IMG/VR virus record: IMGVR_UViG_3300010939_000106
Span: 1 to 51,213 of that record
DNA length: 51,213 nt
Strand: one strand, 5' to 3'
Source: a virus
Lineage: Duplodnaviria > Caudoviricetes
This document shows, piece after piece, positions 1 to 8,914 of the stretch (the first letter of the stretch is position 1; every line of letters starts with the position of its first letter). Under the pieces are notes generated by a model. It made no database searches, had not been told where the DNA came from, and saw only the letters and a program-made list of their open reading frames with translations. A program made the translations under genes and the position numbers.

Positions 1-96
1 GCCCCGGAGGGCGGGCGTCTCAAGGCTGGAGTTTCACCCCAGCAATGCAAGTGCCTTACATAAACCTCCGGCCTGGGTAAAGTACAGTCCCGCTTT

Positions 97-474
97 TTAA
101 TCCCATAGCGTCCAGCCGAAGGCCCTGACGGCACGATACATCGCCTGGCGCCTGAACCACCTTACTCCAACCGACTTCATGCCGTCGAGGAACAGCAGAT
201 CGGCCTCCTCGCGGGTGAGGTTCGTCTTAGATTCATAGCACCAGTCATGCACGATAGAGGGCTGAATGTGCCGGCCGATCTGGGGGATGATCGAGCGGAC
301 AGCGCGTGGGATCGAGGCGAGATCGGTAATGAACCCAGCTTCAACACTAAACCGCACAGGATCAGACAGATGGCCTTTCCAAACGACCTCAAAGGTCTCT
401 GTAAGTTCCCATGCGCGCGAGACGGCGTGCCAGGTAAGCCGAGGCTCGGCGCTGTAGCTAACAGTCCGGGCCAT
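97..474 (-). CDS. DUF1353-family phage protein
   Basis: Motifs GFITDLASIPR, HDWCY, ADLLFLDGM, YRAVRAFG; lies at the end of the lysis region. Confidence 0.85.
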   Translation of the reverse strand: MARTVSYSAEPRLTWHAVSRAWELTETFEVVWKGHLSDPVRFSVEAGFITDLASIPRAVRSIIPQIGRHIQPSIVHDWCYESKTNLTREEADLLFLDGMKSVGVRWFRRQAMYRAVRAFGWTLWD

Positions 475-515
475 TGTTTAAGGCCCCCCTGAAAGCGCCG
501 CCGCGAGCTTACGGT

Positions 516-1037
516 TCATTCGCACCCCGGCGCTTGAGACAGAATGCCCGCCGGATCGTCACGAGCTTGCCTAAGCACATCTACCGTCACGAGTTCCGGG
601 TAGTTCTCAGCGAGCATCTCACGTAAGGCTGATTCGTCGCCTGCCCGCTTCAAAGCTTCGATCTCCCGTACCAAGGACGCTTGACACTCCTTCCGAATGA
701 ATTGGCGGAGCCCGTGAACTTCGCGGACATAAGCGCCGGCCGCTTCGTGCAAATAGACCGCATCCGTTATTGCATATGCTAAGCCCTGGGCGCATCCGCC
801 GAGGCCGCCGATGAGCACTAACGAGAGCAAAACGACGCCGAGGAGCTGCCCCCTCCCCCTTTGCCTTGTCCTTTGGCATGTCCGGCATTGCCGCCAGCCC
901 CGATTAGGCAAGTTCGTGACGATGACGATGTATAGGTTGTCCCCGGAATAGGGATGGCCGTGCGGGCAGTGGGTCTTGGCCGCGTTCCGCCGGCCGTTGC
1001 TCAACCCGCCGAGACGGCCGGCCTCCTGCCGGCTCAT
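516..1037 (-). CDS. Putative lysis-module lipoprotein (spanin-like position) with an N-terminal Cys/His zinc-finger
   Basis: Start re-assigned to the ATG in an ATGA overlap with the holin stop; KTHCPHGHPY...RQCRTC followed by hydrophobic LLGVVLLSLVLIGG and lipobox-like LGGC. Confidence 0.6.
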   Translation of the reverse strand: MSRQEAGRLGGLSNGRRNAAKTHCPHGHPYSGDNLYIVIVTNLPNRGWRQCRTCQRTRQRGRGQLLGVVLLSLVLIGGLGGCAQGLAYAITDAVYLHEAAGAYVREVHGLRQFIRKECQASLVREIEALKRAGDESALREMLAENYPELVTVDVLRQARDDPAGILSQAPGCE

Positions 1038-1240
1038 TCGATGCCCTGCCTGGTGATGAGGCGCAGGACGATGTTCACGCCAGCCAGCACGGCTGCCACG
1101 ATCTCGGCCTGGGTCTCCGGCGTGAGCCCGAGATCGACGCCGGCGATTACGGCTACCGTTGCAGCAAAAGCCACGAGATTCGCCCAGATGGTTTTCGAGA
1201 CGTACCAGGGTTTCGATGACTGTGTAATTGTCGGGTCCAT
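1034..1240 (-). CDS. Holin (two transmembrane segments)
   Basis: 68 aa; KPWYVSKTIWAN start, two hydrophobic helices, C-terminal VNIVLRLIT; directly downstream of the endolysin. Confidence 0.75.
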   Translation of the reverse strand: MDPTITQSSKPWYVSKTIWANLVAFAATVAVIAGVDLGLTPETQAEIVAAVLAGVNIVLRLITRQGIE

Positions 1241-1243
1241 GAT

Positions 1244-1771
1244 CTACTCCTTCACATATCTGCGGTAGTTGCTGATAAAGTCCCTGATCTTTTCCGGGTC
1301 GTTCTCTGTTTGGTAAAATTGTCCCCAATAACGAGCCATTCCTTCTATGTCATCGGCTTCCGGCAATGGCTCCGGGCGGCGCCAATAGATCAGCCGGCAG
1401 ACAGCGGCCGCGTAAGGCAGGTTGCCGATAAGCTCCGTGTCAACTGGCCCATCTATCGCCAGCCACCTGATCGTGGACAAATCAGTAAGCGCGGCCCTTA
1501 ACGGCACTCGAAAGTGGAGGTAACTTCGCCACAGGTCCTCATGCGTCGATGGCTGGATCTGGAACAGCCCGCGGCCGGCCTGCTCGTGGACCAGGCGAAC
1601 GCCGTTCGCTTGTCGCTGCCAGAGGTATTTCAGCCCGCCCGATTCATGGATCCCGGTTCCGACCACCAGGGTCTCTGCCGCCGGGCTCCACAGGCGTGGC
1701 TCATCAGTCTCGCTGGCAAGGAGCTGCAACGCCGGCCGGACCACGAGCTCGCGGAAGTCGCCTACGTCCAT
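1244..1771 (-). CDS. Endolysin (lysozyme/transglycosylase-like fold)
   Basis: Candidate catalytic ES in GTGIHESG, GLFQI motif, NLPYAAAVCRLIY; located between membrane-protein genes. Confidence 0.7.
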   Translation of the reverse strand: MDVGDFRELVVRPALQLLASETDEPRLWSPAAETLVVGTGIHESGGLKYLWQRQANGVRLVHEQAGRGLFQIQPSTHEDLWRSYLHFRVPLRAALTDLSTIRWLAIDGPVDTELIGNLPYAAAVCRLIYWRRPEPLPEADDIEGMARYWGQFYQTENDPEKIRDFISNYRRYVKE

Positions 1772-1778
1772 GACCCGC

Positions 1779-2036
1779 TCATTGCCCGCTCCGCCCGGTC
1801 GCGATCGCCCAGATTGCCGCCGCCACGCCGACGACCACCATGGTTATCAGGACGAGGATGGCCTTGACCCGGATCTTGCGCTCCAGGATCCGGCGGCCGC
1901 GCACCCAGGCGAAGTCCTGCTGCACCTCGATGATCGGGTCGGGCCCGGACATATCGACCCCGAGCTTGGTGAAGGTTTCCTCGACGGCGTACCTGGCCGC
2001 CTCGCGGGCGATGAGTTTGACCTCCTGCTCGGTCAT
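1779..2036 (-). CDS. Small membrane protein (holin/antiholin-like) with a C-terminal TM helix
   Basis: ATGA overlap with the upstream stop; MTEQEVKLIAREAA...AILVLITMVVVGVAAAIW; precedes the endolysin. Confidence 0.6.
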   Translation of the reverse strand: MTEQEVKLIAREAARYAVEETFTKLGVDMSGPDPIIEVQQDFAWVRGRRILERKIRVKAILVLITMVVVGVAAAIWAIATGRSGQ

Positions 2037-2422
2037 GCCGGGGTCTCCGGTGATGGCAAGGTTATGTCCGGGTAGGCGCACCTGAATCGCTCGACCGAGA
2101 TGAGCGACCGTCCCACGTAGCAGCCTTCCTGGAATCCGTGGAACAGGACGCCCGGCTTGCCGGGCCGGAAGAACAGCACCACCTCGTCGGCCTCGAGGTC
2201 CGTCTCCGACGGGATGGCATTGTAGAAATCCATGAACGCGCGTGCTTCGTCGTCTCGGAAATAGCCAATGGTCTCGTTCGTGTCGAGCAGATCCGGCACC
2301 AGGATCTCGGCTCTAAGGCAGGGACCTACGTGATCGGGCCCATGCCACGCTTGCGCGGGCATCGGCCACAAAAACGCCGCCACAAGGGCGGCGGCCATGA
2401 GGCAACCAAGTAGTCGAGACAT
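2033..2422 (-). CDS. Secreted hypothetical protein
   Basis: RBS GAAAGGA; N-terminal signal peptide ending AQA. Confidence 0.6.
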   Translation of the reverse strand: MSRLLGCLMAAALVAAFLWPMPAQAWHGPDHVGPCLRAEILVPDLLDTNETIGYFRDDEARAFMDFYNAIPSETDLEADEVVLFFRPGKPGVLFHGFQEGCYVGRSLISVERFRCAYPDITLPSPETPA

Positions 2423-2451
2423 TGTCTCGTTCCTTTCGTCGCTCGAAGCCT

Positions 2452-2506
2452 TCAGCTATCAGTTTTCAGCCGTCAGCTTGCTGAATGCTTTTTGTGGCTG
2501 ACGGCT
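2452..2506. repeat. Degenerate heptamer (TCAGCCG/CGGCTGA) inverted-repeat hairpin
   Basis: tcagctatcagttttcagccgtcagc ... gctgacggct in an intergenic gap. Confidence 0.55.
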
Positions 2507-2510
2507 ATAA

Positions 2511-2828
2511 TCAGACCGGCCTTCCTGCGACCCGGCCGGCGCTGGTTTGGCCCAGCAGAGCCTCCCCCAGCTTCCTGACGGGACTGCCGGGCGGTTCGTC
2601 CTTGATGGCATTTGCAATGGCCGCCACCAATTCGGCGTGGGGGTCAATCGGCGGCGGCAGAACGGCGAAGTCTGCAGTCCACTGCACAATCTGCGCCGCT
2701 GTGGGCTTAGAACCAAGCTGGGCCACGGGCCAGTCGAATATCTCCATTCCGCCCTGGCCGTCCTCACGTGTGCGGATACCTGAAGCGAGATTAAATTTCC
2801 ACGCAAGAACTTCTGCTAAACTACTCAT
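2511..2828 (-). CDS. Putative tail fibre assembly/chaperone protein
   Basis: ATGA-coupled to the tail fibre; I.DW...LGSKPTAAQI pattern. Confidence 0.55.
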   Translation of the reverse strand: MSSLAEVLAWKFNLASGIRTREDGQGGMEIFDWPVAQLGSKPTAAQIVQWTADFAVLPPPIDPHAELVAAIANAIKDEPPGSPVRKLGEALLGQTSAGRVAGRPV

Positions 2829-4390
2829 GGCTCAATCTCCGTGATAACTATGCTTGACGCCGCGATGCCACCGAACCTTCGTGTCCCAGCCGATCCATTG
2901 AACGTCATCGTGCCTGCGATGTCCGAGCCGCCTCTTACCCTGAATGTCGTCGCTGACACCGTACCTGCCGCCATGATGTGCGTGAACGCGATCATTGTTG
3001 CTTCATTAGTTCCCGCCTTAGTGTCAGATACGGCGGCTAGAGCATCGGCGACAGAGTCTTGAAAGAGGGCGGCGTGAATCGGAGTAGAACCTGGCTCAGA
3101 GTTTGCGAGCCATATGGTGACCTCTATTATTAGCCTATTGCTTGCACTCGCAGGAGTAATGCTGAGGGTCATATACTCGTCGCCTTCGGTGTTCTGGGGG
3201 ATCGTGTCGTCGCTCGGTATCGTTGTCGTGCCCGTGGCGACTACCCCAGTCTCGATCGAGACAATCTGCTTAACGACGCCGGCTGCTGTTACACCCATCG
3301 CCCCAAGCGAGCGCCAACTGGTCCCCTCGGTCCAGATCAGCGTCCACTCGTTCTGGGCAAGCGTCATGGTGGCGCTGCCGTCGATGGTCTCGGCTCCCGC
3401 CGGGTCGATGGTCAGCGTGCCCGCGCCGATGTTCTTGATGAAGGCAACGAAGCCTGCGCCCAGGGTCGCCGCGGCGGTCAGGTCGAAGGTGATCGCGCTC
3501 CCCAGATTGGCGATGAGCATGGTGCCCACGTCAGCCGCGACCACGGTGTAGGGAGTGGCGGTCTTGATCGCTTGGGGCAGGCGTGAGAGCCGCGTCTGCG
3601 CCCCTAACGGCAATTCAGCATCGGCGGTGCCGATCAAGACGTATTTCGGGTTCTCGGCGTCGCTGGTATCGAGGATTGCCACCTTGTCGCCGGTGGCCCC
3701 GGCGACCGTCGGCTCGGTGCCGGCGAACACCCCATCGGCACCGGCCGGTCCAGTCGCTCCAGTCGTGCCTGTAAGGTCAGCGACCGGTGTGCCCCAGACC
3801 CCCGCTGACTTCGGTCCGTAAACCTCGTCCGTTGCCGTGTCGAGATACATATCGCCGTCGATGCCGAGGCTCGCTGCCGGCGCGCCTGAGCCGGTCAGCC
3901 ATTGCACTGCGTCGGCGTTCTCAAGGGCGTCCGCAGCGCTGTTCCAACGCAGGTGCTTGAGCGCCGAGGGATCGGGAACGGTGAGCCCTGTCTGCGCCGA
4001 GGTCGCCTTGACCGTGATCGCCCGGTCGATCTGTTCCTGAAGTTGCTGGTCGGCCATCGTGCCGCGATCCAGCGCATCCTCATGGGCCTGCGCCGGAAAC
4101 TTCCCGCCTTCGGGGTAGTCGGTCCCCTGCGTCAAGGGGACCACGCGCTTGATAACAAGCGTCTCGCCACTGGCCGGCGCCGTGGTCGCCGTCAAAGTGC
4201 CGCCAGAGGGGTCGCCGGCACCCGTCAGGGTATAATCGGTGCCCTCCACCCAGGTCGTCTCGACATCGTTCGCGTCCCGCAGGATCGCCGTGATGTCGGC
4301 GTTGGCGAGGAACAGGAACGGCACCGAGAAGGCAGTCGTCGAGCCGTCGCCGGCGTAGGAGACTTTGTTAGCCGCAGAAGGAACGGTCAT
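2825..4390 (-). CDS. Tail fibre protein with a T7 gp17-like N-terminal attachment domain
   Basis: YAGDGSTTAFSVPF...DYTLTG...LVIKRVVPLTQ...HEDALDRGTMADQQL N-terminus, Gly/Thr-rich shaft, distinct C-terminal domain. Confidence 0.88.
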   Translation of the reverse strand: MTVPSAANKVSYAGDGSTTAFSVPFLFLANADITAILRDANDVETTWVEGTDYTLTGAGDPSGGTLTATTAPASGETLVIKRVVPLTQGTDYPEGGKFPAQAHEDALDRGTMADQQLQEQIDRAITVKATSAQTGLTVPDPSALKHLRWNSAADALENADAVQWLTGSGAPAASLGIDGDMYLDTATDEVYGPKSAGVWGTPVADLTGTTGATGPAGADGVFAGTEPTVAGATGDKVAILDTSDAENPKYVLIGTADAELPLGAQTRLSRLPQAIKTATPYTVVAADVGTMLIANLGSAITFDLTAAATLGAGFVAFIKNIGAGTLTIDPAGAETIDGSATMTLAQNEWTLIWTEGTSWRSLGAMGVTAAGVVKQIVSIETGVVATGTTTIPSDDTIPQNTEGDEYMTLSITPASASNRLIIEVTIWLANSEPGSTPIHAALFQDSVADALAAVSDTKAGTNEATMIAFTHIMAAGTVSATTFRVRGGSDIAGTMTFNGSAGTRRFGGIAASSIVITEIEP

Positions 4391-4404
4391 CTGGTCACTC
4401 CATC

Positions 4405-4431
4405 AAAAAACCCGCCGAAGCGAGGTTTTTT
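4405..4431 (-). terminator. Probable intrinsic terminator (possibly bidirectional)
   Basis: AAAAAACCCGCCGAAGCGAGGTTTTTT: GC stem with TTCG loop on the minus strand and T-tracts on both strands. Confidence 0.65.
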
Positions 4432-4445
4432 CAGATTGCTTGCGA

Positions 4446-6947
4446 TCAACGCCCGAACGGGGCCGGCAGCGCCGGGGGCCGCTCCGGCGGGAAGCCCGTG
4501 CCGGGCAGGGAGTAGTATCCCTGGCCGCGCCTTGCGGCGAGGCTCCTCAAGCGCCGCGCCCGCCGCCGAGCCTGGTTCGGATCGACCATCTCGCGGAGCT
4601 GGTCGGTAACCAGCCTGTCCTTCGCCAGCCGCAGATACCAAAGCGAGGTCCCCGGCAGCAGGAAACGGTCGAAGAATTCAACGAACTCCGGCAGGACCTT
4701 CGCGCCCTGCCCCTTGACCACGCGCTGCACGCCGCCGACGGTAAGCGCCACAGTGCGGTTGGCGAAATCCCAGGCCGGGCCGGCCAACAGATTGAGGGCT
4801 CCGCGCCCGTAACCGGTCACGTCCTGGAACAGCGTGTCGCCCCAGATCCCGAGCGCGCCGCCTTTGAGCATCCCCCTGATCCATGTCTCGGGATCGTCGA
4901 GCGCCGCCGGATCGCGGCCGAAGGTCATCTGCTGCAGCTCGTACCCCAGCGTTCCCAGGACCGTGGTGTAGATCATCACCTTGGCCATGTAGGCCCCTTT
5001 CTGAAATGGCGTGCGCCGCGGCGCGAACATGGCCCGCATCATATGGGTGTGAATGATGAGCGCGGGGAACCGCTTGTACATCCCGAAGAACCGGAACAGC
5101 TCCCCCTCCGGCGTTCCCTTCTTCGTCCCGACGGTCAACAACGCCTCGACCCGGGCGTTCGTGGTCGGCACCGCGAACTGCTGCTCCTGGATCACCATGG
5201 CCTTGACCTTCTGGGCGACCCTGATCGCGCGCCCGCGATCCACGCCCTTGATGTCGAGTATCCGCGAGGGGTGGAACCAGCCCTGGCCACGCCACTGGAA
5301 CAGCTCGGCCCGGCCCATGAGCTTCCAGTCCTCGGCCGTGATCCCGTAGCGCGTCAGCAGGTCGTGGAACGCCTTGTCGGTTCGCGCCAGGTCGTCGAAC
5401 GGACGGGCGAGCTTGTCGGCGAGCTCGCCGTGGAGCATCAAGGCGAAGCCCCGGCGCCCGGCGTTGGTCATCTGGGTCAGGCCCGAGGCGCGCAGGATGA
5501 AGTCGGCGTAGCGGCCCGTGGCGTTACCGCGGTTGAAGGAGTCTACGAACCGGGCCCCGGCCGCGACGTTCCCGACCATGTCGTCGATCACGATGCCCTG
5601 GCGGGTCATGTTGACGTTGATCTCGCCCCCTTTGATGGCGTCCAGGTAAAACTTCATCGCCTTGACCCCGCTGAGCCCGTTGAATTCCGCCGTCGCCTTG
5701 GTGAAGCCAGGGTCGGAAAGGGCCGAGAGCGAGGCGCTGCCCAGTTGCTGGCCGACCAGGAGCGAACGGATATTCTGCGCCACCCCCGCGAGGGATCGGC
5801 TCTCTATCCCGTCCCCACCCGAGGCGATGCGGTACTGGGCCTGAATCTGGCTTCGCTTGAACACGCCCACCCGGCGCTTCTTCAGCACGTCGTCGATGAC
5901 CCGCATGGCGTGATCCGGGTTCGGCCCGTATATCTCCATGGTCGCGATGTCGCGCGCCTGGCGGTCGAGGTGGTGCATCAGGGTCGAGAACGGGGCCTCG
6001 CGGCCGTACTTCCGGTTGTAGGCGAGCCAGCTGTCGGCGTCCTTGAAGAACAGCACCCGGGGCAGGGTCCGCCGGTTGCCGAGCTTGAGCCCCCCCGGCG
6101 CGCCCGGCTCGATCTTGTTCAACCCGTCGGTCGCGAGCGTCTCCCACACCTCGCGCAGTATCAGCTCCTTCCTCAGCCCGACGGCGATGTCGTCGGTCTC
6201 GAAATCGACCACTTCGACCCACCTCCCCGCGTCGGCGATCCAGGCGTCGCGGTCGGCGTCGGTGCTTTTCCTGACCATGCCGAGGCTCCGCGGTTTCCGC
6301 CTGCCGCCGGCGGCGAGCGCGATGCCCACATGGTCATGGACCGGATTGGGCAGGAGCCAGGGACGGTTGGGGAAGCGCTCGCTCAGCTCCGGGACGATGG
6401 CCCCCGCCAACCGCAGCTTCGCGACTCCCGTCTCGCTCGCCGCGAACCAGCCGGCGGCGAAGCCTTCCGATTCGTCCCCGGTCTTCTCGCCGAAGATCGC
6501 CCGGATCAGGTTTTCCTCCCCTTCCAGGTCGCGCTTCAATCCGGCGGCCTTGATTCGGAATTTGAAGATGGCCTCGGCCATGACCTCCTGGGCGTCGCCG
6601 AGGTGGATGGTGCGCAGCGTCTCCAGGTTCGGCACGTCGTTCATGCTGTGGTGGATGTCGAAGCCGGTCTGGGCCTGGATGCCGTTGCCCAGGCCTTTCG
6701 GATGGCGCTCCGCGAGGTTGAGCACGGCCGCCAAGCGCTGGATCTGCAAGAGACCCTGATACTTGTGTTCGAGCGCCCGCCGCTTGAGGAGCTTCGCGGT
6801 CCTGATGTCGGCGGCCTTCACCGCCGCACCGGTCTCGGCGCCGAAGTTCAGGCGTTCCTGGCCCAGGATGAGGTCGCGCAATCTCAGCGCCTCCTCGGCC
6901 TCCGCCCCGGTGAGCCCCTTCGCTCGAAAACACTTCCTCACGCTCAT
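4446..6947 (-). CDS. Internal virion (DNA ejection) protein, 833 aa
   Basis: Largest of the Ala/Gly/Arg-rich ORFs between tail tube B and fibre; GTPEGELFRFFGMYKRFP and GGALGIWGD segments. Confidence 0.7.
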   Translation of the reverse strand: MSVRKCFRAKGLTGAEAEEALRLRDLILGQERLNFGAETGAAVKAADIRTAKLLKRRALEHKYQGLLQIQRLAAVLNLAERHPKGLGNGIQAQTGFDIHHSMNDVPNLETLRTIHLGDAQEVMAEAIFKFRIKAAGLKRDLEGEENLIRAIFGEKTGDESEGFAAGWFAASETGVAKLRLAGAIVPELSERFPNRPWLLPNPVHDHVGIALAAGGRRKPRSLGMVRKSTDADRDAWIADAGRWVEVVDFETDDIAVGLRKELILREVWETLATDGLNKIEPGAPGGLKLGNRRTLPRVLFFKDADSWLAYNRKYGREAPFSTLMHHLDRQARDIATMEIYGPNPDHAMRVIDDVLKKRRVGVFKRSQIQAQYRIASGGDGIESRSLAGVAQNIRSLLVGQQLGSASLSALSDPGFTKATAEFNGLSGVKAMKFYLDAIKGGEINVNMTRQGIVIDDMVGNVAAGARFVDSFNRGNATGRYADFILRASGLTQMTNAGRRGFALMLHGELADKLARPFDDLARTDKAFHDLLTRYGITAEDWKLMGRAELFQWRGQGWFHPSRILDIKGVDRGRAIRVAQKVKAMVIQEQQFAVPTTNARVEALLTVGTKKGTPEGELFRFFGMYKRFPALIIHTHMMRAMFAPRRTPFQKGAYMAKVMIYTTVLGTLGYELQQMTFGRDPAALDDPETWIRGMLKGGALGIWGDTLFQDVTGYGRGALNLLAGPAWDFANRTVALTVGGVQRVVKGQGAKVLPEFVEFFDRFLLPGTSLWYLRLAKDRLVTDQLREMVDPNQARRRARRLRSLAARRGQGYYSLPGTGFPPERPPALPAPFGR

Positions 6948-8914
6948 AATGCGATCCCCACACAGGCGAAAAAGGCGTCCACGATCTTATCCTTTTCCTT
7001 TTGCAGTTCGAAGAACTTCCTGGCCGTGACGATGCGGCCGTCCGGCAGCGGTATCTCCAGGGTGTCGAGATCGACCTCGATCGCCTCCCGCCCGCCGATG
7101 CCGATTTCGTCGGCCTGGGCCATCAAATCCTCCAGCTCGCGGATCCGTGCCGGGATGTTATCGGCCATTTCCCCGACCGCGCGGGCCGCCTTGAGCGGGT
7201 CGCCCTCGAGCCCGGCCAACTCGTCGATCGCCGGTGCCGCCCGCGCCGCCGCGTCCAGCCTTTGCCGGACCTCGGCGTTGCTCATCGCTTTGAGGTCGAT
7301 ACCGAGCTCATCCAGTTCCCTGCCGAACTCTTCAAGGATTTCCTCATGGACCACGAGCGGCTCGTCACGAGGACGAATGAGCGGCCGCCTGCCCGCGAAC
7401 TCATCACCCATGGCCTCGAACAGTTCCGAGATGAGCGGCCGCTCGCGGAAGAATCCGGCCTCAAATGCCTGCAGCCCCACTTCATCGGCGGGCAACCCGG
7501 CTTTCTTTTTAACCAGACCCTTCGCTGTTTTGGGGGTCATGTCCCGCGCCGCGAGTTCGCCGCTCTCGTCCCTCACGCCGCCGATCCTTTTCACAAAGGC
7601 GTTCAGCGTTTGGGGTTTCTTGGCAAATTTGCCGCCCGGTGCCCGCCCTGTCCGCAATTCGTTCAACAGCCTGTCGAGCTCGTCCTCGGGCTCGGTCTTG
7701 GCTTCCCGCGCCAATCGTCTGGCTTCATCGACGATATCGATCTGCCGGCGCGCCGCGACGTCGAACAGGCCCTCGTCCGCCGCGAGCTGCCCCTTCTTGG
7801 CCCTGAGCGGCGCCGCGATCCCGCGTTCCGCCAACTCCCGCTCGCTGATCCGCTCCGCCCCCGGGATGACGCGCTGGGCTCCGGCCTCGGTCCGCTCGAT
7901 GATCGACTCGTGCGGGAGATCGACCGGCCGCCCGGCTTTCGCGGCCTCCTCCGCCGCCGCCAGGTTCTCCAGATGCTCGCCCACGGCATCGGGGTCACGG
8001 CTCTTGAACGGCGCGGTCCTCTCCGCCTCCCGCACCTCCTTGAGCACGTCCAGGGCATCGCGCTGGTCCGGCGTCAGTTGCTCGCGCTTGGCGTCAAGCC
8101 CATCGAGCACTTGGTCGATCACCTTGGCGTCACCGCGCCGGAACTTCCTGAACGCCGCCGCGCCGAGCTTGAACACACCGAATCCAAGGCCGCCGAACAG
8201 CCCGCCGAAAACGCCGGCCGAGATGACCTTTTCCGCCGCGAGCGCCAGCGCCTCCTCGCGCGACATCCCCTGCTCCATGAGGAAGGGCACGACCTTGGTC
8301 TGAATAATCGCTTCCGAGACAAGGCCCGTCGCGCCCTCGAGGAGAATAGCCGTGCCGAGGCTTTGGAGGGCTATGGGCGCAACCGCGGTGAAAGCCAGAA
8401 CATTGATCGGGTCGGTGATGACGCCGACACCAACCGCGCCGAATTCCGCCAATGTGCTTTGGAAGCCGGGGACAACCATCGATCTGACTTCCTCGGCCCG
8501 TTCCCTGGCCTCGACAGCCTCTTCCAACACGCGGGTCTCGATTTCAAAGACCGTCAGGAAAGACTCCTCATCCGGCGTTTCGGCCAGCGTATCGTTCGCC
8601 CTCCTCACGGCCTCGTCATAGCCAAACCGCAGATCGCCGCGCTCGCTGGGTCTTTGGAGGATAAGCTCGCGGTTGCCGAGGGGATCAAATGGGTTCAGGT
8701 GGTCGCTTCGTGGCAGATCGATGCCGAGGGCCTGGGCACGGCGGAATTGGCTCGCAAGCAAATCCCCCTTGGCGCCGGCCGCCGAATCGCTCTGCTCGTT
8801 CTTGATGAACGACCCAAGGGCGGCCGTATAGAGATCGCCCGGAGTCGAGGCAAGAACGTCGCTGGTCAGCCGGTCGACGCCGCGACGGCTGTTCTCGTCG
8901 AGGAACACGGTCAT
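6944..8914 (-). CDS. Internal virion protein, 656 aa
   Basis: Synteny; ATGA overlaps; Gly-rich hydrophobic segments followed by a charged helical region. Confidence 0.62.
   Translation of the reverse strand: MTVFLDENSRRGVDRLTSDVLASTPGDLYTAALGSFIKNEQSDSAAGAKGDLLASQFRRAQALGIDLPRSDHLNPFDPLGNRELILQRPSERGDLRFGYDEAVRRANDTLAETPDEESFLTVFEIETRVLEEAVEARERAEEVRSMVVPGFQSTLAEFGAVGVGVITDPINVLAFTAVAPIALQSLGTAILLEGATGLVSEAIIQTKVVPFLMEQGMSREEALALAAEKVISAGVFGGLFGGLGFGVFKLGAAAFRKFRRGDAKVIDQVLDGLDAKREQLTPDQRDALDVLKEVREAERTAPFKSRDPDAVGEHLENLAAAEEAAKAGRPVDLPHESIIERTEAGAQRVIPGAERISERELAERGIAAPLRAKKGQLAADEGLFDVAARRQIDIVDEARRLAREAKTEPEDELDRLLNELRTGRAPGGKFAKKPQTLNAFVKRIGGVRDESGELAARDMTPKTAKGLVKKKAGLPADEVGLQAFEAGFFRERPLISELFEAMGDEFAGRRPLIRPRDEPLVVHEEILEEFGRELDELGIDLKAMSNAEVRQRLDAAARAAPAIDELAGLEGDPLKAARAVGEMADNIPARIRELEDLMAQADEIGIGGREAIEVDLDTLEIPLPDGRIVTARKFFELQKEKDKIVDAFFACVGIAL

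Noticed and set aside
516-1328. 270-aa version of the lipoprotein ORF
   Set aside because: The first 97 codons overlap the holin and endolysin; the ATGA-coupled start at 1037 is more plausible.
2825-4390. Diversity-generating retroelement targeting the tail fibre (BPP-1-like structural module)
   Set aside because: No reverse transcriptase and no template/variable repeat pair seen in the window.
4365-8303. 1312-aa plus-strand ORF and similar long ORFs (7001-8989, 13244-14926, 20286-22361, 24822-27722, 46033-47328)
   Set aside because: Antisense shadows of recognisable high-GC phage genes; no motifs and low-information composition.
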